NCBI GenBank assembly: GCA_951406725.2
Contig: OX597823.1
Coordinates: forward strand, 32,922,001 to 32,986,000
Length of the DNA: 64,000 nucleotides
DNA from: Octopus vulgaris
Lineage: Eukaryota
Direction: 5' to 3'
Positions 25,142 to 38,024 of the stretch are shown here, one piece after another (the first letter of the stretch is position 1; each line of letters opens with the position of its first letter). The translations under genes and the position numbers were made by a program. The notes below the pieces were generated by a model. The model saw only the letters and a program-made list of their open reading frames with translations, had not been told where the DNA came from and made no database searches.

Positions 25142-27239
25142 CATTTTGTGATTACAAAGCAAAAGAATGCTATTACTTAGGGTGCCAAGCTGGCAGAATC
25201 ATTAACATGCTGGGCGAAATGCCTAGCAGTATTTCGTCTACTGTTACATTCTGAGTTCAAACTCTACCGAGATCAACTTTGCCTTTCATCCTTTTAGGGT
25301 CGATTAAATAAGTACCAGTTATGCACTGGGATCGACTTAACCCCCTTGTTTGTCCCCTCTATGTTTAGCCCCCTGTGGGCAATAAAATAAAAAATTTTAG
25401 TATTATTTCTGTAACCTAATTATAACATGTTCTATCAGAAGTCAAGATAATAAAACCAATGGGGTATGCGTGTTCCATAAACCTGTAAATTGAAGTGTTT
25501 GAGGTTGAGCATGATAAGTAAAAGGTGAAATGTTGCAGAATTTTGGTGAAGTTGGCATGGGTTGGACAGTTTGGAGCTGGCAAGTCAAGACTGCACCAAG
25601 CTCTACAGTCTGCTTTGGCATGGTTTCTAACCCCTACCAATTCACAGTAACCAGAAACAATGTCAAGAAAGCACATCAGATAGTTTTGAAAGTTGACCAA
25701 ATCCTTGTGGCTGTGAAATAATTATGACCATCAAAGACAACCAAAACATTTCAACAAATTTCTTTTACTTATTTCAGTTTGGGTCCCAGGAGACACAAAC
25801 ACAACACCAGCTGTCAAGCAGTGGTGGAGGACAAAGACACATTTATGTGAAGGTTGTCTTTCAATTTCCATCTGCCAAATCCACTCACAAGGCTTTGGTC
25901 AGCCCATGGTTATAGTACAAGACACTTGCTCAAGGTGCCATGCAGTGTGATATGTCCCAGAACCATGTGGTTTGGAAGCAAGCTTCTTACAACACTGCCA
26001 AACTTGCATCTATATGCATATAATGTATATATATATACACAACTATGCCATCTACATACCCTATAAATTATATATTGATTTTAAAAAACAAAAATGGGAG
26101 AGTAAAGCAAAATATTCGCTTTGGACCAGCACCTGTCAAACCATCCAACCCATACCAGCATGGAAAACAGACGTTGAATGATAAATCAAAATATATTATT
26201 TTGATTAATCTAGAAAAGTTTAGATTAATTGGGTTTAAAAGAAAGTCCTCATTGAGAAGACTCTTTTAGTGTAAACCTTGTTAAAATGTATTTGCTAGGA
26301 AAAAAGTAGCGTGGCTCTAAGTCAGTGGTTCCTAACCTAAGATCCAGGGGCCATGAACTAAATTCAAAATTTCATACATATATATACACACACATAAGGA
26401 TAAGCATATTAAAAGAGGTCTATGAGAAAACTCATTTACATAAAAGGATTAGGAACCACTTCTCTAAGTAATGAAAAAAATGGTAACCTTGACAAAAGTT
26501 TTGTTCAAATGAAAGTCCTTTATGAGATGAATCTTATGGAAAAAACATTATCAAAAAATATTAGCTACAAAAACAGTGGTGTAGCTTTGTGGGACAAAAA
26601 ATGGTAATCATTTTGACAAATCAAATTATTTTTGTCATTCTGAGATAGTTAGCATTATAAAAGACATGTTATGAGTCACTTAACCAGACTTTGAGGGGTA
26701 CAGGGTTCAATACTAGTGGTTTCCAGGTCAGTTTTTTTTCTTCTGTTTTTGTTTTCTAAGCTGTTTCTACAGCTCTTCTGCAGTTGAGATTTGCATTAGA
26801 TGAAAGAACTCTGAGAAGACTTATGGTGAAAACTACGAAAAAAGTTGTGTGGCTTAACATGATGAAAGCAAAGGTGATAATTTTAAGAAATCAAAATATT
26901 TTTGTCTAAGAGAAAAATAATGTTTGAACTCATGTAAGAGTTTGAAACAAATATTTTGGAGAAAACTTTGTCTAAAAATACTAAGCATAAAAAAAATGTT
27001 ATAATTTTTTGCAATTTCATATTTTTATTCTGTTCATGTATTAAAATTTCGTCATTATTTATCATCCATTTTTCCATGCTGGCATGAGTTGGATGATTTG
27101 ATTGAAAACTGGTAAGTAGGAAAGCTGCGCCAGACTCCAGTCTGACTTGGCATGGTTTCTACAGCTGGATGCCCTTCCTAATGCCAATCACTCCAAGAGT
27201 AGTGGGTACTTTTTACGTGCCACCAGCATGGATGTACAG

Positions 27240-29586
27240 AGCAGTCCTGGAGGACTCTGATGAACAAGAAGGTGCTTAGGACTAATCCTGGTGAACCCCT
27301 ACTTTTACCCTAAATTCTTCACTCTACTCATTGCCAACCCTCACCTTGCTGATAGCATCCCTGTACATCCTTCTCACTAACCACTCATGTATCTCTAGTT
27401 TCCACACTGTCCACCAGATAAGGGATTGAGGGACCCTGTCAAAGGCTTTCTCCAAGTCAACAAAAGCCATGTACAGAGGTTTGTCTTTAGCAATGTGTTT
27501 CTCCTGCAGCTGCCTTACCAGAAATATAGCATTAGTAGTGCTACCTGGCACAAAACCAAACTGCATCCCATCTAGGCTAATTCTCTCCCTAATTAGTTGC
27601 ACTAAGACTCTCTCCATAACTTTCATCACCTGATCCAACAATTTGATACTTCTGTAATTATTTCTATCCAAGGCATCACCTTTACCTTTCTAGCAGTCAT
27701 TGGGTATGACTCCTTCATGAACTACCTGATTCACAATACTGTGACTAGACCATAACCCACACCACTTAAGTATATCAGTGATTCCTGATGGGCCAGAGGC
27801 TTTCCCTGTCTTTTAATCTTTAATTGCTTTATCTACCAAGGTACTGTCGATTCAGATAGCTGGTTCCTCAATTGGGTCAACATTTGGCCAACTCTCCACA
27901 TTCAGCAGTCTTTCATAATGGAATTTCCAAGCCTCTTTCTTTGCAGAATCATTAAATGCAAGTGCACCATCATCCATGAAGACACATTTCTCTCCTATGA
28001 CATCACAATTTTCTCACACAATGTCTTGCAATCTGAAACACTTCAGTTCTTTGGTCCTCACACCACCGAACATAGGCAAATTTCTTTTCTCCTTCTCCAG
28101 ATATACCTGTTTCCTAGCTTCCCTTCTGGCAATCTTATACAGTTCCCTGCTACCCCCACTTCTCCAGGCCTGTTTCTTTGCTCTAATGGCCCTGTCTATA
28201 GCATCATTCCACCACCATGTCATCCTAGGTCCGGATGGGACTTTGCACCAGTCGTAGATTTGGCCTGTGGTACTCAGTAAGCTGTCCTACAAAAATTCCC
28301 AGTTGCCCTATATCACAGGTCTGTAGCTCCTCCTCTCTCTCATCAAACTTCTCAGGATGTCTCTAAATCTCTGACCATATGAAGGGTCCTTAAGCTTCCA
28401 AATCCATCTTTCCCAGATTGGCCTGAAGTCTAAAGTTACTAATGACTAGTCTATGCTGTAGGGGAGGGAGGTGCATTCTTCATCAGGGAAGGTCTTTGTA
28501 TTTAGGGGCAACCATGCACCCCACTGTCTGACAAGAACATAATCTATTTGGCTACCATAGTTATCTGATTTGTAGGTTATCAGGTGGGTGACTGGCTTCC
28601 TGAAGTTGGTGTTGCAGATTAATAGAGTATTTGCATCACAGAACTCCAGTAGCCTTGTTCTTCGTTTTGGGAACCAATTGTACACCAGGCTGCCATCTTA
28701 ACATGCCCATTGAAATCCTCCAATCATAAAGATCATTGTCATTCATCTTTGAGGTAGCCTGCAGAAGAATATCATAAAAGTAGTAAGACCACTTGGCGGG
28801 GAGGGGGGCATAGGCAGAGATAATTATTGCTATACTATTCTGCAAGACTAGCCTGAGCTTAAGTACTCTATCACTCACTCTGACTACCTCTATGACCTTA
28901 TCCACCCATTTCTCTGCCATGAATATATCCCATCGCTGTTACCTTCCCAGATTTTATAACTAGGGGAGGGAGGTGCATTCTTCATCAGGGAAGGTCTTTG
29001 TATTTAGGGGCAACCATGCACCCCACTGTCTGACAAGAACATAATCTATTTGGCTACCATAGTTATCTGATTGGTAGGTTATCAGGTGGGTGGCTGGCTT
29101 CCTGAAGTTGGTGTTGCAGATCAATAGAGTATTTGCATCACAGAACTCCAGTAGCCTTGTTCTTCGTTTTGGGAACCAATTATACACCAGGCTGCCATCT
29201 TAACATGCCCATTGAAATCCTCCAATCATAAAGATCATTGTCATTCGTCTTTGAGGTAGCCTGCAGAAGAATATCATAAAAGTAGTAGGACCACTTGGCG
29301 GGGAGGGCGGCATAGGCAGAGATAATTATTGCTATACTATTCTGCAAGACTAGCCTGAGCTTAAGTACTCTATCACTCACTCTGACTACCTCTATGACCT
29401 TATCCATTCATTTCTCTGCCAGGAATATATCCCATCACTGTTACCTTCCCAGATTTTATAACTATGTGTCTTGCCAGTGAGGAACCTGGCTGAAGCTCTT
29501 CTCTACCTTGCCCCTTGAATGCAACAAACATCAACACGCCTCCATTCAAACATCCTAACAAATTTGCTAGACCCACCTTTCAATGT
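27240..29586 (-). mobile_element. RTE-clade LINE (APE endonuclease plus RT N-terminal part), decayed
   Basis: ISAYAP, NTNFRKP, QIDYVLVR (APE), TWWWND, NYRSIKLL, QFGFVPG, AFVDLEKAFDRVP (RT); carries an internal 502-bp tandem duplication. Confidence 0.9.
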
Positions 29587-31056
29587 GGGTCTATATGTAA
29601 TTTAAAGGATTAAAAAATAGTTTTAAAAATTAACAAAACAATTTCTTTAAAGTTTGCATTATCAGAGAGCAAATTTTTTTTTTTATTTACAGTTAGAAAA
29701 ATATTTAAAAACATGAAAGTTAATGAACAAATTCAGTGCAAAATGACACCCTAGATTTGAAAGAAAAAAAACTTAGTGGTTATAATTGTTAATTTCACTT
29801 AAATTATTTTTTTTTTTTTATTTTCGAAATATATAAATTTGTATTATCAAAATTTTCATGTGTAAACTTGCAGGCAATTAGTCTTAAGTAAAAATAAAAA
29901 ATATTTTTTATTTTTGGATTTGGTTTGCATGATTCTTTATGTGAGTTCCTTTAGTTGCGTCCCTTATGCCAAGTTCAACTTTGCCATTATTTTTCCTGTG
30001 ATGCCGGTGTTATTACAATCGATTGAACACTTTTCAAAATATTACCCAACCATGATCGTACTGTGGTCATATGAATGAAATTAGTAAAAGCAAACGGCAT
30101 GCAGAAAAAGAGTCTATGAGAAGATAATCTTCTGTGGAATTCACGGTGGAATATACATTCAGATAATTGTACAGAAATAGATTTTTAAAATAGAATAAAG
30201 TAACAAAAAATAACAAATTTGATAACGTCCTCATTGAAAAACTGAAGGGAAATTAAATCGGTGTTCAAAGAAACGTTCAAAGGTTTAGTTCATATATCGA
30301 TATCACATCTTCCTCCGATGAAAGATACTGTCAGAAATATTGGGCTTTTCTTGTTGATAACGCACTCAAACTGATTTCGAACATTTTTTCTTGTTTTTTT
30401 CTTTTGTTATTTACTGATCGAACTATCACAGACTTCATCGGATTCAACTGTATCGCTTATTTACACCGAATAGAGATGTGTGCGTGTATGCACGCAAGAC
30501 ATTCCTATAGAATAGAGTCAAAAATTATCTAGAACACCAAGAACTGTATTTTCCTTGAATATGTGTAAATAGCATCGAAAACTACGATTCTGCAAAAAAT
30601 AAACAAAGAGGAAATTCCGTCCCCATTTGTCGTAATTCTTCAGTTTCCAATTTCGACCTTTTCAATTTTTGTCTTTTTTTTATATTTTTGTTTAAGAATT
30701 ACACCTTTTTTTCCAAGAATCAAAATCTGAAGTGTTTAAAACGTAAATATAAAATATTTTCAAAAGAAAGTCAAAACTGAAATATTACATAAGTTTGGGG
30801 CAAAAGTTCACCCCTATACTCTTTTAAGAATCGTAATCTACAACACTAAAATCAAACGGAACCGAAGAGATTACAGCTCTCAGCGCACTAGATTTATTTC
30901 CGACGCTATTCTACATGAATGCCCATATAAAAGCGAGCAAAAGCGATAAACAGTTACGAGAGAAAGCAGCAGATATACGTGAAAAAGCCAAATAATGTAC
31001 TTGATTTCATACTTAGTTTTTCTTTCTGTTTCATTGCTCCCGCCTATTTTAATACG

Positions 31057-31490
31057 GAACCTTACAAATGCGTTTTTTCTTCTGTGGTGGGTCCTTTTTC
31101 GATTGAACCTTACAAATGCGTTTTTTTTCTTCTGTGGTGGGTCCTTTTTCGATTGAACCTTACGAATGCGTTTTTTCTTCTGTGGTGGGTCCTTTTTCGA
31201 TTGAACCTTACAAGTGCGTTTTTTCTTCTGTGGTGGGTCCTTTTTCGATTGAACCTTACAAATGCGTTTTTTTCTTCTGTGGTGGGTCCTTTTTCGATTG
31301 AACCTTACAAATGCGTTTTTTTCTTCTGTGGTGGGTCCTTTTTCGATTGAACCTTTCGAATGCGTTTTTTCTTCTGTGGTGGGTCCTTTTTCGATTGAAC
31401 CTTACGAATGCGTTTTTGCTTCTGCGGTGGGCCCTCTTCCGATTGAACCTTACAAGTGCGTTTTTTCTTCTGTGGTGGGCCCTCTTCTGA
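31057..31490. repeat. 48-bp minisatellite, 9 units, overlapping the 3' end of kinase copy B
   Basis: Unit gaaccttacaaatgcgttttttcttctgtggtgggtcctttttcgatt starts at 31057, 31105, 31155, 31203, 31251, 31300, 31349, 31397, 31445. Confidence 0.97.
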
Positions 31491-32543
31491 TAAATGGCGA
31501 ACGTTTTTCTTCATTAATTGTCGTGATTCCTGAACCGAACTTGTAAGTTTTCTCTTTTTTGCAGACGATTCTCCAGTCCTGTTAACGATGGGTTTGGGCA
31601 TTTTGTCATATTTTGCGTCCTGGAATATTCGTCGTAATTTTTCATAGTTTGGTTGTTCATCGTATTTTAGTTTTTCAATAGTTTTGAAGTAAGTTCTTAA
31701 AGTTTCAAATGGAATTTTCGAAAGATTCTGTAAAAGCACTTCCTTCTCATGTTTCACTTGTTCTTTATTTTCCGAGTATTTCTTCCAAGGTAAACTCCCT
31801 GTAAGCCATTCATACATACAGAATCCCAGAATTTGTAAATCTCCTCTTCGGGATGGACAAGCACCTTCATGCGCATCTAGACTGGTATACAACAACGTTC
31901 CATTGTGAGCATTCTTCTTCTCTGGTTTATACACCTTGTGATTCTTATCTATAAATATCTTCGAAGCCAGACCATAATCTATCAGATACACCTTATCTAT
32001 TTTATTACTGTCTGCAGCAAATAAAATATTACCGGCTTTCAGGTCGGCATGGACGTAGCCATGGTGGTGGATACACTCTAAAGCATCTATCATTTGTTTG
32101 GCAACACAATAAACTGTAGATTCATTGAGATGAGATCCATTTTCTTCCAAAAATGTACGGAGATTTTTACCGTATTTAGGTATAATTATGAATCGATACT
32201 GCTTGCTTTTATATTCATGTATGCCGTTTGCTATGAATTCCGGTATGGCAAGATGTTCCAAATGTTTACCTTTTAAATAATTTTGTATAATATTTGGTCT
32301 GGCAATTGTCTGTAAAGCATGGAATTCATTAAAGAGTGGGCCGTTACCAATGGGTTCGACTTTAACAACATTTTCTTTGGCCGGTGAAGAACCAACTTGT
32401 CTGGCTGTGTAAATTAAACCAAAACCGCCGAAACCAATCTTTTTTATAATGGAATATCTCCTTCTATCAACAGACTCTAAGATCTCACTTGCTGGAAATT
32501 CTGCTGCATGTTTGTATCCTGTTGCTGCCCGAATCTTCTTCAT
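31305..32543 (-). CDS. Intronless VRK1-like kinase, copy B, 412 aa, with repetitive basic C-tail
   Basis: Same intact VRK motifs as copy A; tail of 16-aa repeats (KKDPPQKKKRIRKVQS). The stop position depends on homopolymer lengths in the minisatellite. Confidence 0.92.
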   Translation of the reverse strand: MKKIRAATGYKHAAEFPASEILESVDRRRYSIIKKIGFGGFGLIYTARQVGSSPAKENVVKVEPIGNGPLFNEFHALQTIARPNIIQNYLKGKHLEHLAIPEFIANGIHEYKSKQYRFIIIPKYGKNLRTFLEENGSHLNESTVYCVAKQMIDALECIHHHGYVHADLKAGNILFAADSNKIDKVYLIDYGLASKIFIDKNHKVYKPEKKNAHNGTLLYTSLDAHEGACPSRRGDLQILGFCMYEWLTGSLPWKKYSENKEQVKHEKEVLLQNLSKIPFETLRTYFKTIEKLKYDEQPNYEKLRRIFQDAKYDKMPKPIVNRTGESSAKKRKLTSSVQESRQLMKKNVRHLSEEGPPQKKKRTCKVQSEEGPPQKQKRIRKVQSKKDPPQKKKRIRKVQSKKDPPQKKKTHL

Positions 32544-33069
32544 TTTGATTTAAGCGTTAGTCGTCGCTAGCCTGACTAATTAACTGAAACCGGTTTTATG
32601 GTCATATTTTTCTCCCAGAAAATATTTCCGGGTAAGTAAAATAAATAAATAAAATTCTGGTTGTAGTTTAATATTATTTTCTTCTTCATTCCTGTAATGT
32701 GTCAACTTCAAAATTCAGCACCTATTTCGGACTTGCCAGAAGACCCTAACTTTCACACAACCAAGAACCCCTTTTATTCAAATGAATTCTATAGATTCCA
32801 AGCTTTTGAAAGTTACATGTCATTACGTACATATAATGACTGACAGCAGCATTTTGTGTCAGCAGGGATGGGCCGTATTCTGCAACTTGTTTGTAGTGAA
32901 AGTTCAAGTTGCATGATAAAATGGCGCTAATTTCGTATTTGTTGATTTCATTTGTTCTGTTCATTAACGCCAAGTTACAGGTTGATATTGATGTATGTTA
33001 TATGAGAAACACGGATGATTATTTATTTATTTATATCATAAAGCTATTTTCTTTTATTTTTGGGCTGAA

Positions 33070-33701
33070 GGATCTTTTCCTTTTGAACGGCACACGTCAA
33101 CACAATTTCTAGTTAACTAAACACTTTTAAACTTCGTATACTGGTAGAATGTGTTTATAAAACATAATTTTTTCTTGGCTTTATTGAGAAAATTCTATAT
33201 GTTGTAACATATTTCGTCTTTAATTTTGAGCATTTCGGCAATTTTAACCAATCGCTGACCTCCATTTAGGTAAACAACATTCCGTGTTGTATGAATATGT
33301 CCCTCGTTTAAGAAACAGATTGGGTTTATTTACATTTGTGAAGAAAAAAAGATACCCTTCCTCCACCCCTAACCTTAACCCTAACCCTAACTCTAACCCT
33401 AAATCTAAAATAGATTGATATGCAATAGATCGATACTAGAGCCATAATTATGGGTGACATTTTCATTTGACACCGCTAGAAAAAAAATCCCATTTTCCGT
33501 AGCGGTGTCGTATGAAATTGTCACCCATAATTATAACCCTAGTATCGATCTATTGCATTTCAATTTATTTTAGAGTTAGGGTTAGGGGTGGGGGAAGGGT
33601 ATCTTTTTTTTCTTCATAAATGTAAATAAACCCAATCTGTTTAAAAGTGTTTAGTTAACTAGAAATTATGTTACAAAGTGCCGTTCAAAAGGAAAAGATC
33701 C
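33070..33701. mobile_element. Fold-back MITE, Merlin-like, related to 12951-13362
   Basis: TIRs ggatcttttccttttgaacggcac / gtgccgttcaaaaggaaaagatcc; flanks gggctgaa / tggctgaa (7 of 8 TSD match); right half is an internally deleted reverse complement of the left half. Confidence 0.85.
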
Positions 33702-34304
33702 TGGCTGAATATGCCGGAAGGGGCAGAGATGAGACCATGCTCGTTGCAAACCTTTAAACAATGGTGGGATTGATGGCATTAATGCAGAACCAAGTTTAAA
33801 CCATAGGAGGCCCGGGGCACTTCAAATTTGGTAAGCCCCTCATACGCAAGAATTAAAATCTTGGAAAATTGGCTCTAATTTAAATCTCAAAACCCATCTA
33901 TTGCATCTATTTGAATTTGACGAGTCAGCAGAGAAAGTTTAAATAAACGACTGAAAACGTCGCTTCATAGCTACACTTTTCGAAATTCGAATTTTGTTCC
34001 CCTCACCTATCCACTTGCAGTGTCTCTTCACTGTGAAAAGTACAATGAAGGAAACAAGAGGGAAAGTTTTTTTCTTTAATGCGAGTTAGAATACGATAAA
34101 ATGATAAAAAATTACGAAAAAGAAAAATATATGATTTTAGCAGTTGTACAGTGTGTGTGGTGGGGGGCAGAAAGACAAGCATTTAAAAGATCTGAATTTT
34201 TTTTTAAATTGTTTTAAAATAGCTTCTATTCGTTGTTTCACAGTGCATGGGAAAAAAGAAAAAGAAAGGAAAACCCTAACAAAAACAAGGAAATTCCAAT
34301 ATAT

Positions 34305-35593
34305 ATGGGACAGCTATTCCAAAACTAATCCTGTCCTCAGCTCAGTGAGAGAGAAGGTCCCACAACTCTACTGCCTTGCATGGCAGGCTTATCAGGAGCC
34401 CTTCTATCTCTCTTTCAGTGACTAAATCATCACTTCTGCCTCATGAGTCCAGCAGGGTGACCCACTCGGGCCCAAACTGTTTGCACTGGGCATTGATGAC
34501 CCACTAGGGCCCACTCTGTTTGCACTGGGCATTGATGACATCACCAAGATGGGCGTTGAGCTAGACCTCAATCTCTGGTATCTCAATGATCCTTGTTTGT
34601 AGGGACCTCTGGACAAGGTTCTCGCCATTGCTAACATGATAGTTGGGGAGCTTGGTTGCTGGGCTCTCCAAGTAAACAGTTCCAAATGTGAGCTCTTGAT
34701 CCTCAATCATCCAGTTTCTCAACATCAACCAACTATTGACCTTTTTGCAGAATCCTTCCCTTCCATTGCAGTCCTTCTCCTATCAGCTTAGTGCTCCCTA
34801 GGAGCCCCAATCACTGACCTTGCCTTTGAGTCCATCTTCCAGTCAAAGATGGCTGCCCTTGATCAATTGCTGAAAAATATTGAAGCTGTCAAAACACATC
34901 AAGATTTTTTCATAATTAGGAACTACTTCTTGATCCCTAAAATTCTATATTTACTCAGTCAGCTCATCTTACCAATTCCCATTGTGCCTCCAACGTTTCA
35001 ACAACCTAATCTTTGAGAGACTCAAATGCTTGGTCAATGTCAGACTCTCTCCAACGTCCTGCGATCAGGCTGCATTGCCCAAGCGATTTGGAGCTCTTGG
35101 TCTTCATAAGTGTTCATCCCTCTCTCTCCCCTGCTTCCTCTCCTCCACCCTTGTGAGCAAAATCCTCTCCTTTCTAGCATGGACCAGTTCCAACAGGGAA
35201 TTGGATGAAGCTCTCCAACACTGGAGGGAATAGGGCTTGTCTTCTGAGAAGGTGGAGGACTGTTGGAGTCAGAGAGCTTGGGACAACATAATTTCAAAGG
35301 CCACCTTTGACTCCCTCTTCATCCAGTCAGACCAGTTTTCAAGGTACCACTTACTGTCTGCTATCACCAAATACTCAGGTGACTAGATCGATGCCATCCT
35401 GTGGTTAATGATGGTGGTCTACTCAGCTTGGACAGACTTCATGTCTCCATTGCACTCAGCGTGGGAGCTGACATATGCACAGGTTTGATCTGTTGTCGTG
35501 GCAGGCTTCTTGACTCCACAGACCTCCATGGCCTTTCTTGCCACCTGAATGCTGGTTGCTTCGTGCATCATACGGAGTTGAATCTTATACTCA
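34305..35593 (+). mobile_element. CRE-like (restriction-like endonuclease type) non-LTR retrotransposon fragment
   Basis: RT motifs QQGDPLGP and WYLND, ALPKRFGALGL, and the Cys/His knuckle CCRGRLLDSTDLHGLSC...HHTELN typical of CRE-clade elements; many stops. Confidence 0.72.
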
Positions 35594-38024
35594 AGATTCT
35601 TAGATTCGTGACTCATCAATGTCATGCCTTCCTACTCAAGGTCTGCCTCACCTGATGTAGCAGAGAGGATGTCAATAAGGAGGTTGCAAATGAAGACGAA
35701 AGAACTTTGATTGACTGAAGCATTAATCAAATAATCGATTAATTGGATTAAAAGGTGAACTAATAAACATGAAATAGAACCAGTGCATCTGTTTATCGTT
35801 GCCATAATGATTCTCCCAATATATAAAATTTGTCTCAATACACACTTTCACATCAAGAATCTTGCTAAACAAAGATTAAATCATTTTGTGATTACAAAGC
35901 AAAAGAATGCTATTACTTAGGGCGCCAAGCTGGCAGAATCATTAGCACACTGGGCGAAATGCCTAGCAGTATTTCGTCTACTGTTACATTCTGAGTTCAA
36001 ACTCTACCGAGATCAACTTTGCCTTTCATCCTTTCAGGGTCGATTAAATAAGTACCAGTTATGCACTGGGATCGACTTAACCCCCTTGTTTGTCCCCTCT
36101 ATGTTTAGTCCCCTGTGGGCAATAAAATAAAAAATTTTAGTATTATTTCTGTAACCTAATTATAACATGTTCTATCAGAAGTCAAGATAATAAAACCAAT
36201 GGGGTATGCGTGTTCCATAAACCTGTAAATCGAAGTGTTTGAGGTTGAGCATGATAAGTAAAAGGTGAAATGTTGCAGAATTTTGGTGAAGTATAAATTA
36301 TCTTCTTCATTTAATGTTTTTCCATGCTGGCATGGGTTGGACAGTTTGGAGCTGGCAAGTCAAGACTGCACCAAGCTCTACAGTCTGCTTTGGCATGGTT
36401 TCTAACCCCTACCAATTCACAGTAACCAGAAACAATGTCAAGAAGGCACATCAGATAGTTTTGAAAGTTGACCAAATCCTTGTGGCTGTGAAATAATTAT
36501 GACCATCAACCACAACCAAAACATTTCAACAAATTTCTTTTACTTATTTCAGTTTGGGTCCCAGGAGACACAAACACAACACCAGCTGTCAAGCAGTGGT
36601 GGAGGAGAAAGACACATTCATGTGAAGGTTGTCTTTCAATTTCCATCTGCCAAATCCACTCACAAGGTTTTGGTCAGCCCATGGTAATAGTACAAGACAC
36701 TTGCTCAAGGTGCCATGCAGTATGATATGTCCCAGAACCATGTGGTTTGGAAGCAAGCTTCTTACAACACTGCCAAACTTGCATCTATATGCATATAATG
36801 TATATATATATACACAACTACATACCCTATAAATTATATATTGATTTTAAAAAACAAAAATGGGAGAGTAAAGCAAAATATTCGCTTTGGACCAGCACCT
36901 GTCAAACCATCCAACCCATACCAGCATGGAAAACAGACGTTGAATGATGAATCAAAATATATTATTTTGATTAATCTAGAAAAGTTTAGATTAATTGGGT
37001 TTAAAAGAAAGTCCTCATTGAGAAGAATCTTTTGGTGTAAACCTTGTTAAAATGTATTTGCTAGGAAAAAAGTAGCGTGGCTCTAAGTCTGGTTCCTAAC
37101 CTAAGGTCCAGAGGCCATGAACTAAATTCAAAATTTCATATATATATATACACACACATAAGGATAAGCATATTAAAAGGGGTCTATGAGAAAACTCATT
37201 TACATAAAAGAGTTAGGAACCACTTCTCTAAGTAATGAAAAAAATGGTAACCTTGACAAAAGTTTTGTTCAAATGAAAGTCCTTTATGAGATGAATCTTA
37301 TGGAGAAAACATTATCAAAAAATATTAGCTACAAAAACAGTGGTGTAGCTTTGTGGGACAAAAAATGGTAATCATTTTGACAAATCAAATTATTTTTGTC
37401 ATTCTGAGATAGTTAGCATTATAAAAGACATGTTATGAGTCACTTAACCAGACTTTTAGGGGTACAGGATTCAACACTAGTGGTTTCCAGGCCAGTTTTT
37501 TTTCTTCTGTTTTTGTTTTCTAAGCTGTTTCTACAGCTCTTCTGCAGTTGAGATTTGCATTAGATGAAAGAACTCTGAGAAGACTTATGGTGAAAACTGC
37601 GAAAAAAATTAGCAGCAAAAAAGTTGTGTGGTTTAACATGATGAAAGCAAAGGTGATAATTTTAAGAAATCAAAATATTTTTGTCTGTTTAAGAGAAAAA
37701 TAATGTTTGAACTCATGTAAGAGTTTGAAACAAATATTTTGGAGAAAACTTTGTCTAAAAATATTAATCATAAAAAAACGTTATAATTTTTTGCAATTTC
37801 ATATTTTTATTATTCTGTTCATGTATTAAAATTTCGTCATTATTTATCATCCATTTTTCCATGCTGGCATGAGTTGGATGGTTTGATTGAAAACTGGTAA
37901 GCAGGAGAGCTGTGCCAGACTCCAGTCTGACTTGGCATGGCTTTTACAGCTGGATGCCCTTCCTAATGCCAATCACTCCAAGAGTAGTGGGTGCTTTTTA
38001 CGTGCCACCAGCATGGATGTACAG

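Larger units (their letters stand above)
24880..35593 (+). repeat. Tandem segmental duplication, copy 1 (~10.7 kb)
   Basis: Colinear with 35594-45196: same SINEs, RTE, kinase, MITE and CRE-like element in the same order; ORF track pairs such as 26422/37186, 27324/38109, 32909/42671, 34422/44165. Confidence 0.95.

Noticed and set aside
31057-31490. Regular 48-bp repeat resembling a CRISPR array
   Set aside because: Units are contiguous with no unique spacers, no cas genes, eukaryotic context; it is a coding minisatellite.
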